Part shown: positions 30,377 to 32,000 of the stretch, piece by piece
Layout: each line of letters opens with the position of its first letter
Numbering within the stretch: the stretch's first letter is position 1
Source of the DNA: Archaeoglobus fulgidus DSM 4304
GTDB lineage: Archaea; Halobacteriota; Archaeoglobi; Archaeoglobales; Archaeoglobaceae
Length of the DNA: 32,000 nucleotides
Direction: 5' to 3'
Assembly (NCBI RefSeq): GCF_000008665.1
Contig: NC_000917.1
Location: 1,050,001-1,082,000, forward strand
Notes under the pieces: generated by a model
Databases searched by the model: none
Told to the model about the DNA's origin: nothing
Seen by the model: only the letters and a program-made list of their open reading frames with translations
Translations under genes and position numbers: made by a program

Positions 30377-31318
30377 TTAGAAGTTTACCCTTTCCTTTCC
30401 CTTAAGTCCGAGTATCTCCCTCACCTCGTCAGGTGTTGCGGGCCTCTTTCCGAGTTCCTTCACAATCCTTACCATTTTTTCGACCTGCTCGGCGTTGCTT
30501 TTAGCAAGCTTGCCTCTTTCAATGTAAAGGCTGTCCTCAAGCCCCACTCTCACGTCACCGCCCATTATCACCGCAAGCGTTCCGAGAGGCATCTGAAATC
30601 TGCCCGCTCCAACAAGGGACCACGTGTAGTTCTCCCTGCCAATTAACCTGTCTGCCGTCTGCTTCATGAACAGAACATCCTCAACAGCGGTTCCAATTCC
30701 GCCGAGTATCCCATGGATGAACTGCAGCCTGAGTGGCGGTTCGAGGTAGCCCTCGTGGAACATGAAGGCCGTGTTGTATATCTGCCCTATGTCGTAGCAC
30801 TCAAGCTCCGGCTTCGTGTCGTTCTCCTTGAAAATTCTCGAAAGCGCCTCAAGGTCCTTGAACGTGTTTCTGAAAACTATGTCCCTCGTCATTTCGAGAT
30901 ACTCGGGCTCCCAGTCGTACTTGAACTCCTTGTACTTTTTGAGTAGTGGATGAATGGCGAAGTTCATGGAGCCCATGTTGAAGGTTGCGATTTCCGGTTT
31001 CAGGGCGGGCACGACCTTTGCCCTCTCCTCAACGGGTATTCCCAGTGTGCCTCCTCCTCCGGTTGTAACATTAATAACAACATCGCTCTGCTTTTTGATT
31101 TCCCTGCATATGTACCTGAAAACCTCAACATCCGTTGTGGGGCGCCCGTCTTTCGGGTCTCTCGCGTGAATGTGAACCATTCCGGCCCCTGCCTCTGCGG
31201 CCTTCACCGCTTCCTCCACAATCTGGTCGGGTGTGACCGGCAGGTACGGGGACATGCTCGGAGTGTGTATCGCTCCCGTTATGGCGCACGTGACAATAAC
31301 CACATCGTCCTTCCTCAT
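30377..31318 (-). CDS. Beta-keto acid cleavage enzyme (BKACE/DUF849; 3-keto-5-aminohexanoate cleavage enzyme family)
   Basis: VIVTCAITGA, the Zn-site-like MVHIHARDP and a TIM-barrel length of 313 aa support the call. Confidence 0.85.
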   Translation of the reverse strand: MRKDDVVIVTCAITGAIHTPSMSPYLPVTPDQIVEEAVKAAEAGAGMVHIHARDPKDGRPTTDVEVFRYICREIKKQSDVVINVTTGGGGTLGIPVEERAKVVPALKPEIATFNMGSMNFAIHPLLKKYKEFKYDWEPEYLEMTRDIVFRNTFKDLEALSRIFKENDTKPELECYDIGQIYNTAFMFHEGYLEPPLRLQFIHGILGGIGTAVEDVLFMKQTADRLIGRENYTWSLVGAGRFQMPLGTLAVIMGGDVRVGLEDSLYIERGKLAKSNAEQVEKMVRIVKELGKRPATPDEVREILGLKGKERVNF

Positions 31319-31336
31319 GTCACAGATAGGATTTAA

Positions 31337-31348
31337 CTTATTATATTT
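31337..31348 (-). promoter_or_regulatory. Candidate TATA (AAATATAATAAG) for the BKACE-F420 reductase unit
   Basis: It is centred about 24 nt upstream of the ATG at 31318. Confidence 0.4.
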
Positions 31349-31395
31349 GATTAATCTTCTAAATCACATAAATTGACATAAACCGGTAAAAAAGG

Positions 31396-31403
31396 TATTT
31401 AAG
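31396..31403 (+). promoter_or_regulatory. Candidate BRE/TATA (AAAAAAGG-TATTTAAG) for acd
   Basis: It is centred about 27 nt upstream of the ATG at 31427. Confidence 0.45.
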
Positions 31404-31426
31404 AGAGAAAAATCTGCCGTTCTCCA

Positions 31427-32000
31427 ATGGAGCGCTTGTTTTACCCGAAAGTCGTGGCAGTGATAGGTGCTTCACCTCAGGAGGGAAAGGTGGGTAACAC
31501 GATTATGAAAAATCTCAGAAACTTCAGCGGCACTGTCTATGCTGTAAACCCGAAGTACAGGGAAATACTTGGATTCCCGTGCTACCCCTCGGTACTCAAG
31601 ATACCCGAAAATGTGGACCTGGCCATCATCGTTGTTCCAGCGAAGCTCGTTCCGAAGGCAGTGGAGGAGTGCGGAAGGAAGGACGTTGAAGGTGCCGTGG
31701 TGATTTCGGCAGGCTTCAAGGAGGCCGGGATTGAGGGGGCAAAGCTTGAGAGGGAACTGGTCGAGGTGGCCGAAAGGTATGGCGTTAAGCTGGTTGGCCC
31801 CAACTGTCTCGGCATGATAAACACCGAGATTGCTATGAACGCCACGTTCAGCAGAGTGGCCCCCGAAAAGGGCAGAATAGCGTTCCTCAGCCAGTCCGGA
31901 GCCTTCATTCTCGCGGTTCTTGAATGGTCAAAACGCAACGGTGTCGGTTTCAGCAAGGTTGTCAGCTTGGGAAACAAGGCCATGCTCGACGAATCCGACT
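31427..32000 (+). CDS. acd: ADP-forming acetyl/acyl-CoA synthetase, canonical alpha-first order, 5' partial (runs off the window)
   Basis: This gene is not in the ORF track. My own translation gives MERLFYPKVVAVIGASPQEGKVGNTIMKNL...VNPKY...GPNCLGMIN...SQSGAF... with no stop up to 32000. The track ORF 31582..31983(-) is its antisense shadow. Confidence 0.85.
   Translation, partial: MERLFYPKVVAVIGASPQEGKVGNTIMKNLRNFSGTVYAVNPKYREILGFPCYPSVLKIPENVDLAIIVVPAKLVPKAVEECGRKDVEGAVVISAGFKEAGIEGAKLERELVEVAERYGVKLVGPNCLGMINTEIAMNATFSRVAPEKGRIAFLSQSGAFILAVLEWSKRNGVGFSKVVSLGNKAMLDESD

Noticed and set aside
31582-31983. 133-aa minus-strand ORF in the track
   Set aside because: It is an antisense shadow of the plus-strand acd gene, whose translation shows all the NDP-forming synthetase alpha-domain motifs.
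1-32000. CRISPR arrays, tRNA/rRNA genes, IS elements or integrases
   Set aside because: No spaced identical repeats, cloverleaf-like segments or transposase/integrase motifs were seen on either strand. This is a visual scan only, and a tRNA or ncRNA scanner could still find something small.

Overview
The window reads as a euryarchaeal chromosome segment, most likely Archaeoglobus-like. This is an inference from gene content: F420 enzymes, MptA, RFC large subunit, ADP-forming acyl-CoA synthetases, many hbd paralogs, and TATA boxes about 25 nt upstream of start codons. Coding density is very high and there are no rRNA, tRNA, CRISPR or transposase genes. 1-8.5 kb holds housekeeping and sensor genes: a frameshifted hbd, a MazG-like gene, mptA, a secreted PLD-like protein, a GTPase/DUF2073/Zn-ribbon trio, a PAS histidine kinase, and the COG1900-CBS plus NIL-ferredoxin homocysteine pair. 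8.5-10.9 kb is a visibly AT-rich three-gene islet: a C2H2 zinc-finger peptide, a DUF457-like membrane hydrolase, and an AN1-zinc-finger/TM/transglutaminase-like protein. 10.9-14.7 kb is an operon of a domain-permuted NDP-forming acyl-CoA synthetase, a MenB/BadI-type crotonase and Hbd. 14.7-17.2 kb is RFC-L, a hypothetical gene and an SbcD-like phosphoesterase. The main finding is a 14 kb, almost entirely minus-strand catabolic supercluster at 17.2-31.3 kb. It encodes a BKACE, an NpdG/Fno-like F420 reductase, a cupin, an SDR, a carnitine-dehydrogenase-like 3-hydroxyacid dehydrogenase, an SSS transporter, two unannotated mini-TM ORFs, a signal-less two-subunit Mo/W-bisPGD enzyme, a cyclase-family hydrolase, CoA-transferase A/B (B frameshifted), a thiolase and an F420-type LLM oxidoreductase. 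Family for family this matches the bacterial anaerobic phloroglucinol (trihydroxybenzene) ring-reduction, ring-opening and beta-keto-acid-cleavage route, here with F420 and molybdenum additions. The substrate assignment is a hypothesis. The window ends in a partial canonical ADP-forming acetyl-CoA synthetase.
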